From an uncultured Rhodoluna sp. (GTDB taxonomy: Bacteria > Actinomycetota > Actinomycetes > Actinomycetales > Microbacteriaceae): DNA of 53,924 nucleotides. The DNA lies in the NCBI GenBank assembly GCA_964456485.1, contig CAYVZV010000001.1:1-53924 (forward strand), in the 5' to 3' direction. The notes under the pieces were generated by a model. It made no database searches, had not been told where the DNA came from, and was given only the letters and a program-made list of their open reading frames with translations. This document shows, in pieces, positions 9,463 through 18,240 of this stretch. The position numbers were made by a program, and so were the translations under genes. Positions within the stretch are counted from its first letter, which is position 1, and each line of letters starts with the position of its first letter.

Positions 9463-10118
9463 TTGAATAGCCCCTTAAGGTCGGACATATTTACCCCCTC
9501 AAGGGTTGGCCAGATGATTCTTCCTGGCTGAGCTGGAATCTCAACAATGTTCTTGATACCTACCGCTTTTGTTCCAGCCGTTTCCGCAGATCGAAGTCCG
9601 GTCAGGGAGTCTTCAAAGGCGACACATTGCTCAGCCTTGACCCCAAGAAGCTCTGCAGCTTTCAGATAAGGCTCTGGGTGGGGCTTACCATGGCGTACAT
9701 CATCGCCAGCAACAATCACGTCAAAGCAATCGAATCCGATTGAATCGACAACTTGCTTGGCCATCCGATGCATCGACATGGTAACAAGAGCCGTCTTGAT
9801 TTTCTTTCTTCGCAGAAGCAAAAGCAACTCTCTAGCTCCAGGCCTCCAAAGAATTTCCTGCTTCAACTGTTCGGCTACCCCATCGGTGAGTTGCTGAATA
9901 ATCTGTTCTGGATCAAGGTTGGAACCAACTTTTTCCTTGATGATTTTTGATGAGTCATAGAGCGACATACCAACCAGACTCAAGCCATCCTGCTCGGTCC
10001 AGGTGCTGTTATTTGCGGTCGCAAAAGCCCCTTCGCTTCTCATCCAGTAGGGCTCTGAATCGATGAGGGTTCCATCCATATCCCAGAGGACGGCGGCCGG
10101 TAGTTGCTTGAAAATCAT
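9459..10118 (-). CDS. HAD-superfamily phosphatase
   Basis: WDMDGTLIDSEP motif I, GKPHPEPY, FEDS. Confidence 0.88.
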   Translation of the reverse strand: MIFKQLPAAVLWDMDGTLIDSEPYWMRSEGAFATANNSTWTEQDGLSLVGMSLYDSSKIIKEKVGSNLDPEQIIQQLTDGVAEQLKQEILWRPGARELLLLLRRKKIKTALVTMSMHRMAKQVVDSIGFDCFDVIVAGDDVRHGKPHPEPYLKAAELLGVKAEQCVAFEDSLTGLRSAETAGTKAVGIKNIVEIPAQPGRIIWPTLEGVNMSDLKGLFK

Positions 10119-10127
10119 GATGTTTGA

Positions 10128-10137
10128 AGTCTAGCTT
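10128..10137. promoter_or_regulatory. Back-to-back -10 hexamers (TAGACT on -, TAGCTT on +) between HAD and PAC2 genes
   Basis: AGTCTAGCTT, with the two hexamers sharing the central TA. Confidence 0.4.
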
Positions 10138-10203
10138 TGGCATTTAGCCTTACAGTTAAGGCATCACAAACCAACAAGTAATCAAAGGGCAAGAACTCAC
10201 CAA

Positions 10204-11055
10204 GTGACTATCGGGGACAGTATTTTCGGCGGCCGAGTGCTTATCTGTGCATTCGAGGGCTGGAACGACGCAGCCGAGTCGGCGTCACAAGCGGCCAAAC
10301 TTATCAGCGAGGCTTTGCAGTGCCAAGTAGCAGCTGAAGTGGATGCTGAGGACTATTACGATTTCCAGTTCACTCGTCCATCCGTTTCTTTCGACGAGTC
10401 AGGCAACCGCGAACTAACTTGGCCCGGAACCGCCTTCATGATTTCCACAGACAAGGACCCTGCTCTATCAAGGTTCAGCGTTTTGATTGGAACCGAGCCT
10501 GCTCGCAGGTGGAAAGCCTTCACTGCCGAGATCTTGGAGATGATTGAGGACAGAGAAATTGACGCCGTCATCTTCCTTGGCGGAATGTTGGCGGACACCC
10601 CACACACCAGACCGATAACAGTTAATGCGACAAGCCAGAACGAGGCTGTGCGATCAGCGATGAACATCGAGCGAAGTAGTTACGAAGGTCCAGTTGGAAT
10701 TCTCTCAACGCTAGGAATCGCCCTCGAGGAAATCGGAATCCCCACCATGGCACTTTGGGCAGCCGTGCCACACTACGTTCACAACTCCCCTTCCCCGAAG
10801 GCAACTCTTGCCCTAATGGCCGAGTTGGAGAAAATGCTAGGCGTTAGCTTCTCTCAGGGGGATCTTGCTGATCAAGCTTTCGAATGGGAGCGCGGGATTG
10901 ACGAGATTGCCGAGAATGACGAGGAAATGGCTGGGTACATACAGCAGTTAGAAAAAAACCGAGACGAATTCGAATCCGAAGCGGCTTCCGGCGAAGCTAT
11001 AGCGCGTGAACTTGAGAAGTTCTTGCAATCAGAAGAAAAGCCGCCCGAGAACTAA
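10204..11055 (+). CDS. PAC2 (proteasome assembly chaperone-like) family protein
   Basis: AFEGWNDAA, YYDFQFTRP, GTEP, LADTPHTRP, YEGPVGI, WAAVPHY, SPKATLAL. Confidence 0.9.
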   Translation: MTIGDSIFGGRVLICAFEGWNDAAESASQAAKLISEALQCQVAAEVDAEDYYDFQFTRPSVSFDESGNRELTWPGTAFMISTDKDPALSRFSVLIGTEPARRWKAFTAEILEMIEDREIDAVIFLGGMLADTPHTRPITVNATSQNEAVRSAMNIERSSYEGPVGILSTLGIALEEIGIPTMALWAAVPHYVHNSPSPKATLALMAELEKMLGVSFSQGDLADQAFEWERGIDEIAENDEEMAGYIQQLEKNRDEFESEAASGEAIARELEKFLQSEEKPPEN

Positions 11056-11885
11056 GCCACCAAGGAACCAGTTGAGAGCATTATGAGCAACCATGTTCCA
11101 ACTAAAACCCTCCAAAGTACGAAGGGCAAGAAAGAGCCTTTCTGCAAGTACTTCAAGAGATAGTGAATCACGCTAAGACCAACCACTCCAGAAACTACAG
11201 TGGCTACGACTGTTGCAAAAAGCAGTTGCTGATCAAGGTCGCCGAATGTCGATATGAACTGAAACAAACCAGAACTAAGCACCGCTGGAATTGCGAGCAA
11301 GAAGCTATACCTTGCAGCGGCTTCTCTGGTATACCCAAGCATTAGGCCCACTGTGATTGTGCCGCCGGAGCGCGACACACCTGGAACCAAGGCAAGAGCT
11401 TGTCCGAACCCAAACATCACACCGTGAGAAAAACTCAAGTCCTTTATTGTTCTTTGACGCTTGCCCAAAAAGTCAGCAACACCGAGGAGTAGACCAAATC
11501 CAATCAACATGTACGCGATAACCCAAAGGTTGCGCACGTCGTTCTCGATAAAGTCTCTGAACGCCAGTCCAAGAATCACTACTGGCAATGTGCCAATGAT
11601 GATTAGCCAGCCAAGTTTTGTATCACTCGACATCTCGGATCTTGGCTTCACGCTCCAGCGAAGCCAGGAAGAGCCGATACGACCAATGTCTTTGATGAAG
11701 TATGCGACAACAGCCAACTCAGTACCTAGCTGAATAGTTGCGATGAACGCCGTTAGCTGAGGTTTAGAAAGCTCAGAAAGGTTCATAAGTTGCTGCGCAA
11801 TCTGAACGTGCGCCGAGGAGGAAATTGGAAGAAACTCGGTGAGGCCCTGAACAAGTCCAAGGATTAGCGCTTCAAAAAAACTCAC
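11052..11885 (-). CDS. uppP: Undecaprenyl-diphosphate phosphatase
   Basis: LGLVQGLTEFLPISSSAH and PGVSRSGGT...AARYSFLLAIPA, the BacA motifs. Confidence 0.96.
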   Translation of the reverse strand: MSFFEALILGLVQGLTEFLPISSSAHVQIAQQLMNLSELSKPQLTAFIATIQLGTELAVVAYFIKDIGRIGSSWLRWSVKPRSEMSSDTKLGWLIIIGTLPVVILGLAFRDFIENDVRNLWVIAYMLIGFGLLLGVADFLGKRQRTIKDLSFSHGVMFGFGQALALVPGVSRSGGTITVGLMLGYTREAAARYSFLLAIPAVLSSGLFQFISTFGDLDQQLLFATVVATVVSGVVGLSVIHYLLKYLQKGSFLPFVLWRVLVGTWLLIMLSTGSLVA

Positions 11886-12091
11886 TGATCGTCTTCAGCC
11901 AATGTGAAGGGCAGGAATTCACCTAACTCTGAACCGAGGGCTTCCTCGTAGTTTAAAAACGCGTCTTCGAGTTGGTAGTAGGCCTGCTCAACACTTGAAT
12001 CCTCTTCGCCACGCTTCGAGCTAGCAGCTTCAAAGTGCTTCTCGAACGCTGCAATAAGTTGAGTCAAAGCGTTTCTCGGGTCAGTAGCCAT
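11882..12091 (-). CDS. Small acidic helical hypothetical protein coupled to uppP
   Basis: 69-aa ORF with ATGA overlap onto uppP and TAGTTT 6 nt upstream of its ATG. Confidence 0.75.
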   Translation of the reverse strand: MATDPRNALTQLIAAFEKHFEAASSKRGEEDSSVEQAYYQLEDAFLNYEEALGSELGEFLPFTLAEDDQ

Positions 12092-12187
12092 GAATCAAAA
12101 CTACCCGCAATCCCCTTTGGTTCCAAGTATCCCGATGAACTAGTCACTTTTCATCGTGCTAGCATTGGGCCCGTAATACGAAGTCAC

Positions 12188-12270
12188 GTCCGGGTGGCGG
12201 AATGGTAGACGCGCTAGCTTGAGGTGTTAGTCCTCGCAAGGGGGTAGGGGTTCAAGTCCCCTCTCGGACA
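12188..12270 (+). tRNA. tRNA-Leu (anticodon GAG), CCA not encoded
   Basis: Acceptor stem GTCCGGG/CTCGGAC, D arm GGCGGAATGGTAGACGC, anticodon arm CTAGC-TTGAGGT-GTTAG, long variable arm, GGTTCAAGTCC T arm. Confidence 0.95.
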
Positions 12271-12285
12271 CAAGAAACAAAGGTT

Positions 12286-12300
12286 TTGGTCAAAGACCAA
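12286..12300. terminator. Possible weak hairpin between tRNA-Leu and the mgtE stop
   Basis: TTGGTC-AAA-GACCAA inverted repeat, followed on the minus strand by a T-rich run. The stem is short. Confidence 0.25.
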
Positions 12301-13651
12301 GAACAGCCTTAGCAATTAAGAAGTAGATAATTAATCCCATTGCGTCCACGAACGTAGTTATGAACGGGTTAGAAAACACTGCTGGATCAGCCCGAAGCGC
12401 CAAGCCAACTAAAGGCATTACGCCACCTACCGTTGCAGCAACTGTGCAAATAGCAAATAGGGTCAAGCCGATTACCAGACCCATTTGTAGTCCGAAAAAT
12501 GCCGATGCTAATCCAAAGCCAATCAATCCCAGCAGCATGCCTAGAAGCGCACCAACTCGCAATTCTCTGAAAAGCACCTGCCATACATCTCTGGTTCGCA
12601 CATCTTGCAGAGCGAGAGCTCGCGTGACTGTGGTTGCTGCTTGGTTGCCTGTGTTTCCACCTAGACCAATTAGCAACGGAACAAACAAGGTCAGGACGAC
12701 AAGCTCTTCAATCTCTGCCTCGAAGGCACCAAGGACAGAGACTGTGAATGTTGCGCCAAACGCAAGTACGAGTAACCAAATCACTCGTGAGCGTACGATG
12801 GCAAAAACAGGTGTCGACAAGTAAGGTCTTCGAAGGGGCTCTGCCCCACCTGTTCTAGCTGCGTCCTCCGACTCTTCTTGTTCAAGGATGCGCAGTGCGT
12901 CGTCCACTGTGAGTATTCCTACAAGTCTTCGCTCGTTGTCCACCACGGGCAGGGCCAGTACCTTTAAGTCCGAACACGTACGAGCCGCGAACTCTTCATC
13001 GTCGCTGGCATTGACCATTAACGGCTCGGACATAACTTTCGAAACCTTGACTCGAGAGGCTGTGCGCATGAGGTCTCTAAGACTGACAACGCCAACTAAC
13101 TGTTTGGAAGAGTCGACCACTGGGAGTGTGTAGATCGTTTCAGCTGACTGCAGCCTGGTCTTAACTTTGGCAAGCGCCTGCGAAACGCTATCGGTATCTT
13201 TGACCGAAATATACTCCGGGCTCATACGTCGTCCAATTGAACCTTGAGAATAACCGAGTACTTCGCTTGTCAACCCTCGTTCCCTGGCCGATAAACCGGT
13301 GAGCAGTCTCTTCGCTACTCCAGCCGGCAATTCATCGAGCAGTCCAACTCTGTCGTCTGGATCTAGCTTCGCAAAGATGGAAGACACTTCTTCGGAGTTC
13401 AATTCCTCAAGAAGTTCACTCTGAAGCGCAGGATCCAGAGACTCGAAGACTTCTAGGGCAACGGATTTTGGGAGAACTCGATAGACGATCGCTCGATCTC
13501 TATCGTTGAGCCTTTCCAATAGCGCGACCAATTCGGCAGCCTTGAGCTTTCTTGCAATCGAGGCAAGGCTTGGGAAGTCTGAAGCGTCGAGATGACTCTG
13601 AATCAGATCCATCAGCTCATTAAGATCTAGCTTGTCGTCAGCGTTCACCAA
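12290..13651 (-). CDS. mgtE: Magnesium transporter MgtE
   Basis: N domain, tandem CBS domains, GGNTGNQAAT, DPAVFSNPFITTFVD. Confidence 0.95.
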   Translation of the reverse strand: MVNADDKLDLNELMDLIQSHLDASDFPSLASIARKLKAAELVALLERLNDRDRAIVYRVLPKSVALEVFESLDPALQSELLEELNSEEVSSIFAKLDPDDRVGLLDELPAGVAKRLLTGLSARERGLTSEVLGYSQGSIGRRMSPEYISVKDTDSVSQALAKVKTRLQSAETIYTLPVVDSSKQLVGVVSLRDLMRTASRVKVSKVMSEPLMVNASDDEEFAARTCSDLKVLALPVVDNERRLVGILTVDDALRILEQEESEDAARTGGAEPLRRPYLSTPVFAIVRSRVIWLLVLAFGATFTVSVLGAFEAEIEELVVLTLFVPLLIGLGGNTGNQAATTVTRALALQDVRTRDVWQVLFRELRVGALLGMLLGLIGFGLASAFFGLQMGLVIGLTLFAICTVAATVGGVMPLVGLALRADPAVFSNPFITTFVDAMGLIIYFLIAKAVLGL

Positions 13652-13702
13652 GCTCTCCTACTCCATGCCTTTGCTACCCCAAGGCTAGAACATGTGTAGG
13701 TG

Positions 13703-14749
13703 TTATGTAGCTAGCGCCTTGACCATAATTGACACCGTCGACTCACTGCCTGCGACAACAATATGCTCAAGATTTCTCGAGGCTCCGGGTTTTCCCACTA
13801 GTTGACCTGCTTGGTTGTAACCACCGATCTTGGCGCCTACATAACGTTTGGAGTCAAAATCAAGAATCTGCACCTGGTCAAATCTTGAGCACATGTCAGT
13901 TAGTTCGCGACGGGATAACCAAGATTCGTTGTTGTAGCTCAGAACTAGCGTCTTTGCATCAAGGTTTGAAATCAGTTTCTCAAGGGCACTTGGCAGGGTG
14001 AGCTTGGAGTTGAAGGCGCTCTTATTTGCAGGATCTCTTGCATCTAGTCTCTTGTTTGCAACACCGTAGTATTCAGGCGTATCCCAGCGGACAAGGGTTT
14101 CCCATATGTGATAGTTGCCGAAGTAGCGATGCTGATTGTAGGGAGGGTCTAGGTACGCAAGGTCTACGGGACCAATCGATGCCACTGCCTCACTGGCATC
14201 AGAGCGAATGGATGCACCTCTTCCAGCCATCAAGTCCGGGACTTTCAATTCGAGATCCATAAAACTTCTTCTGGACCAGCTCTTTAGATAAGCCATCTGC
14301 ACCCCAGTTGTTGAGTCAACTTTGTCCGCCGCAATCAACAAACTAGACAGTAGGGGGAAATACATCCAGCTGGTTCGATACTCCGATTCAATTGCGTCCC
14401 TGATTGCGTCAATTCTTTGCCCATTGGCTACCTGGAAGAATCGGGCTCTCTCGCAGAAGACTTCTGTGAAGTAGCCAGCTGAACCAGGAAGTGAGTTCAG
14501 GTGGCTAACTGCCTCTTCAAGTTCGGATAGGTCAGCCTCTTCCGAATCTAGTTCGATGAATGTTTTAGAGAAGACCTCGGAGTAGCTGGCTGTGTCTACG
14601 GCAGTGACATACATGCCCGCTTGTTTCATTGCTCCTGCCACTCTGGTGGTTCCCGTAAACAGGTCTAGAGCTGTCGTGGCGTCACTTGCAGCGAACAGGG
14701 TTTCAAGAACGGGCATTAGTGCCCTCTTGGAACCGAGGTATTTAATCAC
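13703..14749 (-). CDS. N6-adenine DNA methyltransferase, orphan
   Basis: MIKYLGSK, SAM-binding DLFTGTTRV, catalytic YLDPPY. No endonuclease gene adjacent. Confidence 0.88.
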   Translation of the reverse strand: MIKYLGSKRALMPVLETLFAASDATTALDLFTGTTRVAGAMKQAGMYVTAVDTASYSEVFSKTFIELDSEEADLSELEEAVSHLNSLPGSAGYFTEVFCERARFFQVANGQRIDAIRDAIESEYRTSWMYFPLLSSLLIAADKVDSTTGVQMAYLKSWSRRSFMDLELKVPDLMAGRGASIRSDASEAVASIGPVDLAYLDPPYNQHRYFGNYHIWETLVRWDTPEYYGVANKRLDARDPANKSAFNSKLTLPSALEKLISNLDAKTLVLSYNNESWLSRRELTDMCSRFDQVQILDFDSKRYVGAKIGGYNQAGQLVGKPGASRNLEHIVVAGSESTVSIMVKALAT

Positions 14750-14761
14750 TGCTGCTCACCT

Positions 14762-14771
14762 AACTTAGACT
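14762..14771. promoter_or_regulatory. Back-to-back -10 hexamers (TAAGTT on -, TAGACT on +) between methyltransferase and sirtuin
   Basis: AACTTAGACT. TAGACT lies 7 nt before the sirtuin ATG, which is leaderless spacing. Confidence 0.5.
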
Positions 14772-14778
14772 TAGGCCA

Positions 14779-15627
14779 ATGCTCAACATCAACCCCAACC
14801 CATTGACCTTATCCGAGGCTGCTCGTTTCGGTCTTGATTATGCGCGCGAGCAACTGGCAGGTAAGTCAATTCTGGTTCTTACTGGAGCTGGTGTGTCAAC
14901 TGAGTCTGGTATCCCCGACTATCGAGGCGAGGGTAAGACCGAGAGGCATCCAATGACCTTTGACGTCTTCATGGGCACAGAAGCAGCCCGTGCCAGATAC
15001 TGGGCACGCAGCTACGTTGGTTGGTCAGTTATTGCCAGCGCAAAACCAAATGGGGGCCACTTTGCCTTAGCTCAGGCTGAAAGCCTAGGACGCATTTCCC
15101 ACATTGTCACCCAGAACGTGGACTCGCTGCATCAACAAGCTGGTTCCAGAAAAGTTACGGAACTTCATGGTCGGCTGGACAAAGTTGTTTGCATGTCCTG
15201 CCGGACGTTAATTGATCGGCTAAGGATGGACTCACTGATCGAGGAAGTAAATCCACTAATCAAAAAGGACATGTCTGCCGAGTTCACCCCCGACGGCGAT
15301 GCCGAAATTGAGGCAACGGCTGATTTTCAAATTCCTCCATGCCCAAGTTGCGGCGGCATCCTTAAGCCAGACGTGGTGTTCTTCGGAGAGAGCGTTCCAA
15401 CCGAACGAGTGGCGGCTTCGATGGACCAACTCGATCGTGCCGATGCACTTCTGGTAGCAGGTAGTTCACTTACGGTGAACAGCGGAATGCGATTTGCGCG
15501 TGCAGCAAACAAAGCAGGAAAGCCAATCGTGATTGTGAATGTCGGGCCAACTAAGGCAGATGAGATTGCCCTTGCCAAGATTGAGGCACCAACTTCGATT
15601 GCACTAGAGGAGCTTCTAATTGGCTGA
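14779..15627 (+). CDS. NAD-dependent protein deacylase, Sir2 family (SIRT4-like, class II)
   Basis: LTGAGVSTESGIPDYRG, RYWARS, TQNVDSLH, ELHG, Zn site CMSC/CPSC, LKPDVVFFGE, GSSLTV. Confidence 0.92.
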   Translation: MLNINPNPLTLSEAARFGLDYAREQLAGKSILVLTGAGVSTESGIPDYRGEGKTERHPMTFDVFMGTEAARARYWARSYVGWSVIASAKPNGGHFALAQAESLGRISHIVTQNVDSLHQQAGSRKVTELHGRLDKVVCMSCRTLIDRLRMDSLIEEVNPLIKKDMSAEFTPDGDAEIEATADFQIPPCPSCGGILKPDVVFFGESVPTERVAASMDQLDRADALLVAGSSLTVNSGMRFARAANKAGKPIVIVNVGPTKADEIALAKIEAPTSIALEELLIG

Positions 15628-16201
15628 GACGCATTTTGGACTGCTTCGTCACGGGCAAACGGACTGGAACATAAACTTTCTACTGCAGGGAGTCACTGAC
15701 ATCCCAATGAATGAAACTGGACTTGAGCAGGTGAGACTTGCAGCGCAGGCTATCCAAGTTGAGGACTGGGATGTTGTGCTGACTTCTCCCCTAACTCGTG
15801 CAAAACAAACAGCGGAAATTATTGCCAAGCATGTGGGCTTCAATGACGTTATCGAGCAAGAGCTTTTGATAGAGAGATCCTTCGGTGAAGCAGAAGGCCT
15901 ATCGCACGAACAGTGGCGGGCGAAGTATGCAAACTTAGATGAAATCCCCGGCGGCGAAAGTCGCACTCAACTAGCTGCGAGGTCGCAGCAATTGCTTGAC
16001 CACATTTCTTCTGAGTTCAAAGGAAAGCGTGTCTTGGCTATCTCACATGGGGCGCTCATTCGGGGACTTCTTTCAATTGCTAGCAATAATGAATTACCTA
16101 GGGATGGCGAAAGGTTAGGCAACGCCTCACTAAACATCGTGAGCCACATCGAGAGCTCCTGGAGGGTAGTGAACTATTCCCTAGAGCCTTTAGCTCCTTA
16201 G
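15620..16201 (+). CDS. Histidine phosphatase (phosphoglycerate mutase-like)
   Basis: LLRHGQTDWN, SPLTRAKQTA, ERSFGEAEG, SHG. Confidence 0.9.
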   Translation: MAETHFGLLRHGQTDWNINFLLQGVTDIPMNETGLEQVRLAAQAIQVEDWDVVLTSPLTRAKQTAEIIAKHVGFNDVIEQELLIERSFGEAEGLSHEQWRAKYANLDEIPGGESRTQLAARSQQLLDHISSEFKGKRVLAISHGALIRGLLSIASNNELPRDGERLGNASLNIVSHIESSWRVVNYSLEPLAP

Positions 16202-17277
16202 AGATTCTCTATAACCGCCAGCAACTTTGAAGCGGATTCATCCCAACTAAAGGCGCTCTCGCGCTTTTTTGAGCAGCTACTGGCGCTCTCCCATGCAGTG
16301 GGAGTCTGTAGCTCGCGGATGCGATTTGCAAAGTCTTCTGGACTTGCTGGGTCAAAGAAACTGCCTGCCTCAGCTGCAATTTCTCTGAAGATAGGAATGT
16401 CAGAGACGACAATCGGAACCCCGTGCCTCATTGCTTCGACCAACGGAATTCCAAAGCCCTCGTCCTTCGAGGCTGAGACAAATGCAAACGCGTCCGAGAG
16501 CTCCTCCGCATACTTCGAATCAGTTACACCGTTTCTAAAAACAATGCGATTACTCCACTTGCCAGCCAGTTTTTGGAGTTGGATCTTTCGCTCCTCTGAA
16601 ACTTTGCTTAGGAGAACCAGCTCAAACTCAGGCAGGAACCGCATTCCAGAAACTAGACACTCGACGTTTTTGTACTCCATGAAACTACCCATGTAAACCA
16701 GCCTTCGTCGCTGATCTGGAGCAGTTGAAGAAGCTGGAGCTGCTGCCACCACTGTTGACTCGGGGGCGTTATAGATTACGTGGACGTCTCTTTTGGTCAG
16801 TTTCTTGCTAACAATCAACTCTTTACTAGTTTCCGAAACTGTGACTACCGAATCAGCTCGATTCAGAAGCAGCCGAACTGGCAGAAAGCTCAAGTGATAC
16901 AAGCGCCACGCAATCCGAATGTGCAGGGGCAGGAAAGTCGGAGCCTTTGGGTGTGAGTAATAGATCAGGTCGTGCAGCGTCAGAATCAGCTTGTACTTAC
17001 GACCAAGTGAACCCATTGTCTGCATCGGCGAAAAGACATGTGTGGCACCAGCCTTATTGAGCTTGCCAGGAAGCAGCAGCTCGGCAAGGGCGTGAGTGGG
17101 GTCGTTTCCGAGAAGGAACTCGGTGCCTTCAGGAAGCCACTTCAGCTGTTCCTTGTTACTCACTAGAGCGACCAACGGAACCATTCTTGAGAGAGCGGAA
17201 AACAGCTCGGCTGAAAACCTAGAGATACCATCGTGGTGATCGACTCGAATAAACCGGCAGTCAAAGATCAGTTTCAT
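16198..17277 (-). CDS. Glycosyltransferase family 4
   Basis: DGISRF, TLHDLIY, TVSETS, SKDEGFGIPLVEAM, SDIPIFREI. Confidence 0.9.
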   Translation of the reverse strand: MKLIFDCRFIRVDHHDGISRFSAELFSALSRMVPLVALVSNKEQLKWLPEGTEFLLGNDPTHALAELLLPGKLNKAGATHVFSPMQTMGSLGRKYKLILTLHDLIYYSHPKAPTFLPLHIRIAWRLYHLSFLPVRLLLNRADSVVTVSETSKELIVSKKLTKRDVHVIYNAPESTVVAAAPASSTAPDQRRRLVYMGSFMEYKNVECLVSGMRFLPEFELVLLSKVSEERKIQLQKLAGKWSNRIVFRNGVTDSKYAEELSDAFAFVSASKDEGFGIPLVEAMRHGVPIVVSDIPIFREIAAEAGSFFDPASPEDFANRIRELQTPTAWESASSCSKKRESAFSWDESASKLLAVIENL

Positions 17278-18158
17278 GCAAGCTCGTCAAGGAAATGGGA
17301 GATGAACTCTGCCGCTTGCTGTGGAGCCTCGTAGTGAACAAGGTGACCCACACCTTCGATCTCACGGTAAGTGACGCTCTTATACATTTTGCTCACGCGA
17401 CGCTGTGAATCAATGTCCGTTATATCATCCATCGCTGCCGCGACTACGAGAACAGGAACTGTGATGTGAGCAGCCAATTTCGAAAGATCCGTCGAAATTG
17501 AAGCGTCATAGCCTTCAACCGCGACTTTGACTGACGCAAAGTCACTGAAGTTAGATAAGTGTTGGTTGTGTATCCAACGACGAAGATCTTTGTTCCTCGT
17601 CTTTGCCATCACAACGCTCATCACCATTACGGCCATTTTGTTTCGAAGTAACCACTCGCCGGCGAATTTTGGCGCGAAGGTAGCAAGCAGATAATAGAGC
17701 TTGGTCAAGTTTGTAAGTGCGGCTTGTGGGCCTTCAAGGGCCGGTGTTGAAACTGGGTTCACCAAAGAAATTGATTTAGGCGAATGCTCCGTAGCGTAGA
17801 ACCCAACTACCAATGAGCCAAAGCTGTGCCCCATGAGGTGGACAGTCCCTTCAAGTCCCAAAGTCATCACAAAGCTGTGCAACCAGTCGGAGTAGGCCTT
17901 CACTGAGTGAACTGTTTGCAGCGGCTTGGACTCTCCAAAGCCAGGAAGATCTGGAATTATCACCCGGTATTTTGATAGACCTGCAGCTATGGCTTCGAGT
18001 CCCCGATGATTCCCCCGATAGCCGTGAACCATGATCAAAGTAAGATGCTTGTCCGAAGTGGAAGGGTATTCGTAGTAGACGCTCTCAATCTGGTCAACCA
18101 GCACTGTATGGCGAATTGCCCGCGAGCTGGCGGAAAGCGAAAGATCTCGTGAAAGCAC
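17274..18158 (-). CDS. Alpha/beta fold hydrolase
   Basis: HGYRG, PDLPGFGES, GHSFG nucleophile elbow, GHLVHYE. Confidence 0.88.
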   Translation of the reverse strand: MLSRDLSLSASSRAIRHTVLVDQIESVYYEYPSTSDKHLTLIMVHGYRGNHRGLEAIAAGLSKYRVIIPDLPGFGESKPLQTVHSVKAYSDWLHSFVMTLGLEGTVHLMGHSFGSLVVGFYATEHSPKSISLVNPVSTPALEGPQAALTNLTKLYYLLATFAPKFAGEWLLRNKMAVMVMSVVMAKTRNKDLRRWIHNQHLSNFSDFASVKVAVEGYDASISTDLSKLAAHITVPVLVVAAAMDDITDIDSQRRVSKMYKSVTYREIEGVGHLVHYEAPQQAAEFISHFLDELA

Positions 18159-18240
18159 AATGCAAGTCTAGATTGGATGTTTTGAACACTGGCTAACCAA
18201 GGTCCTCAGGGAAGTTGAAGTTCTGCCCTAGTCTGTGAAT

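Noticed and set aside
12188-12300. Integrative element at tRNA-Leu
   Set aside because: No integrase and no repeated tRNA 3' end seen in the window.
13703-16201. Sir2 plus methyltransferase as an anti-phage defence system
   Set aside because: The Sir2 is a canonical Zn-binding deacylase, not a SIR2_2-type NADase. There is no HerA, TIR, Argonaute or nuclease partner.
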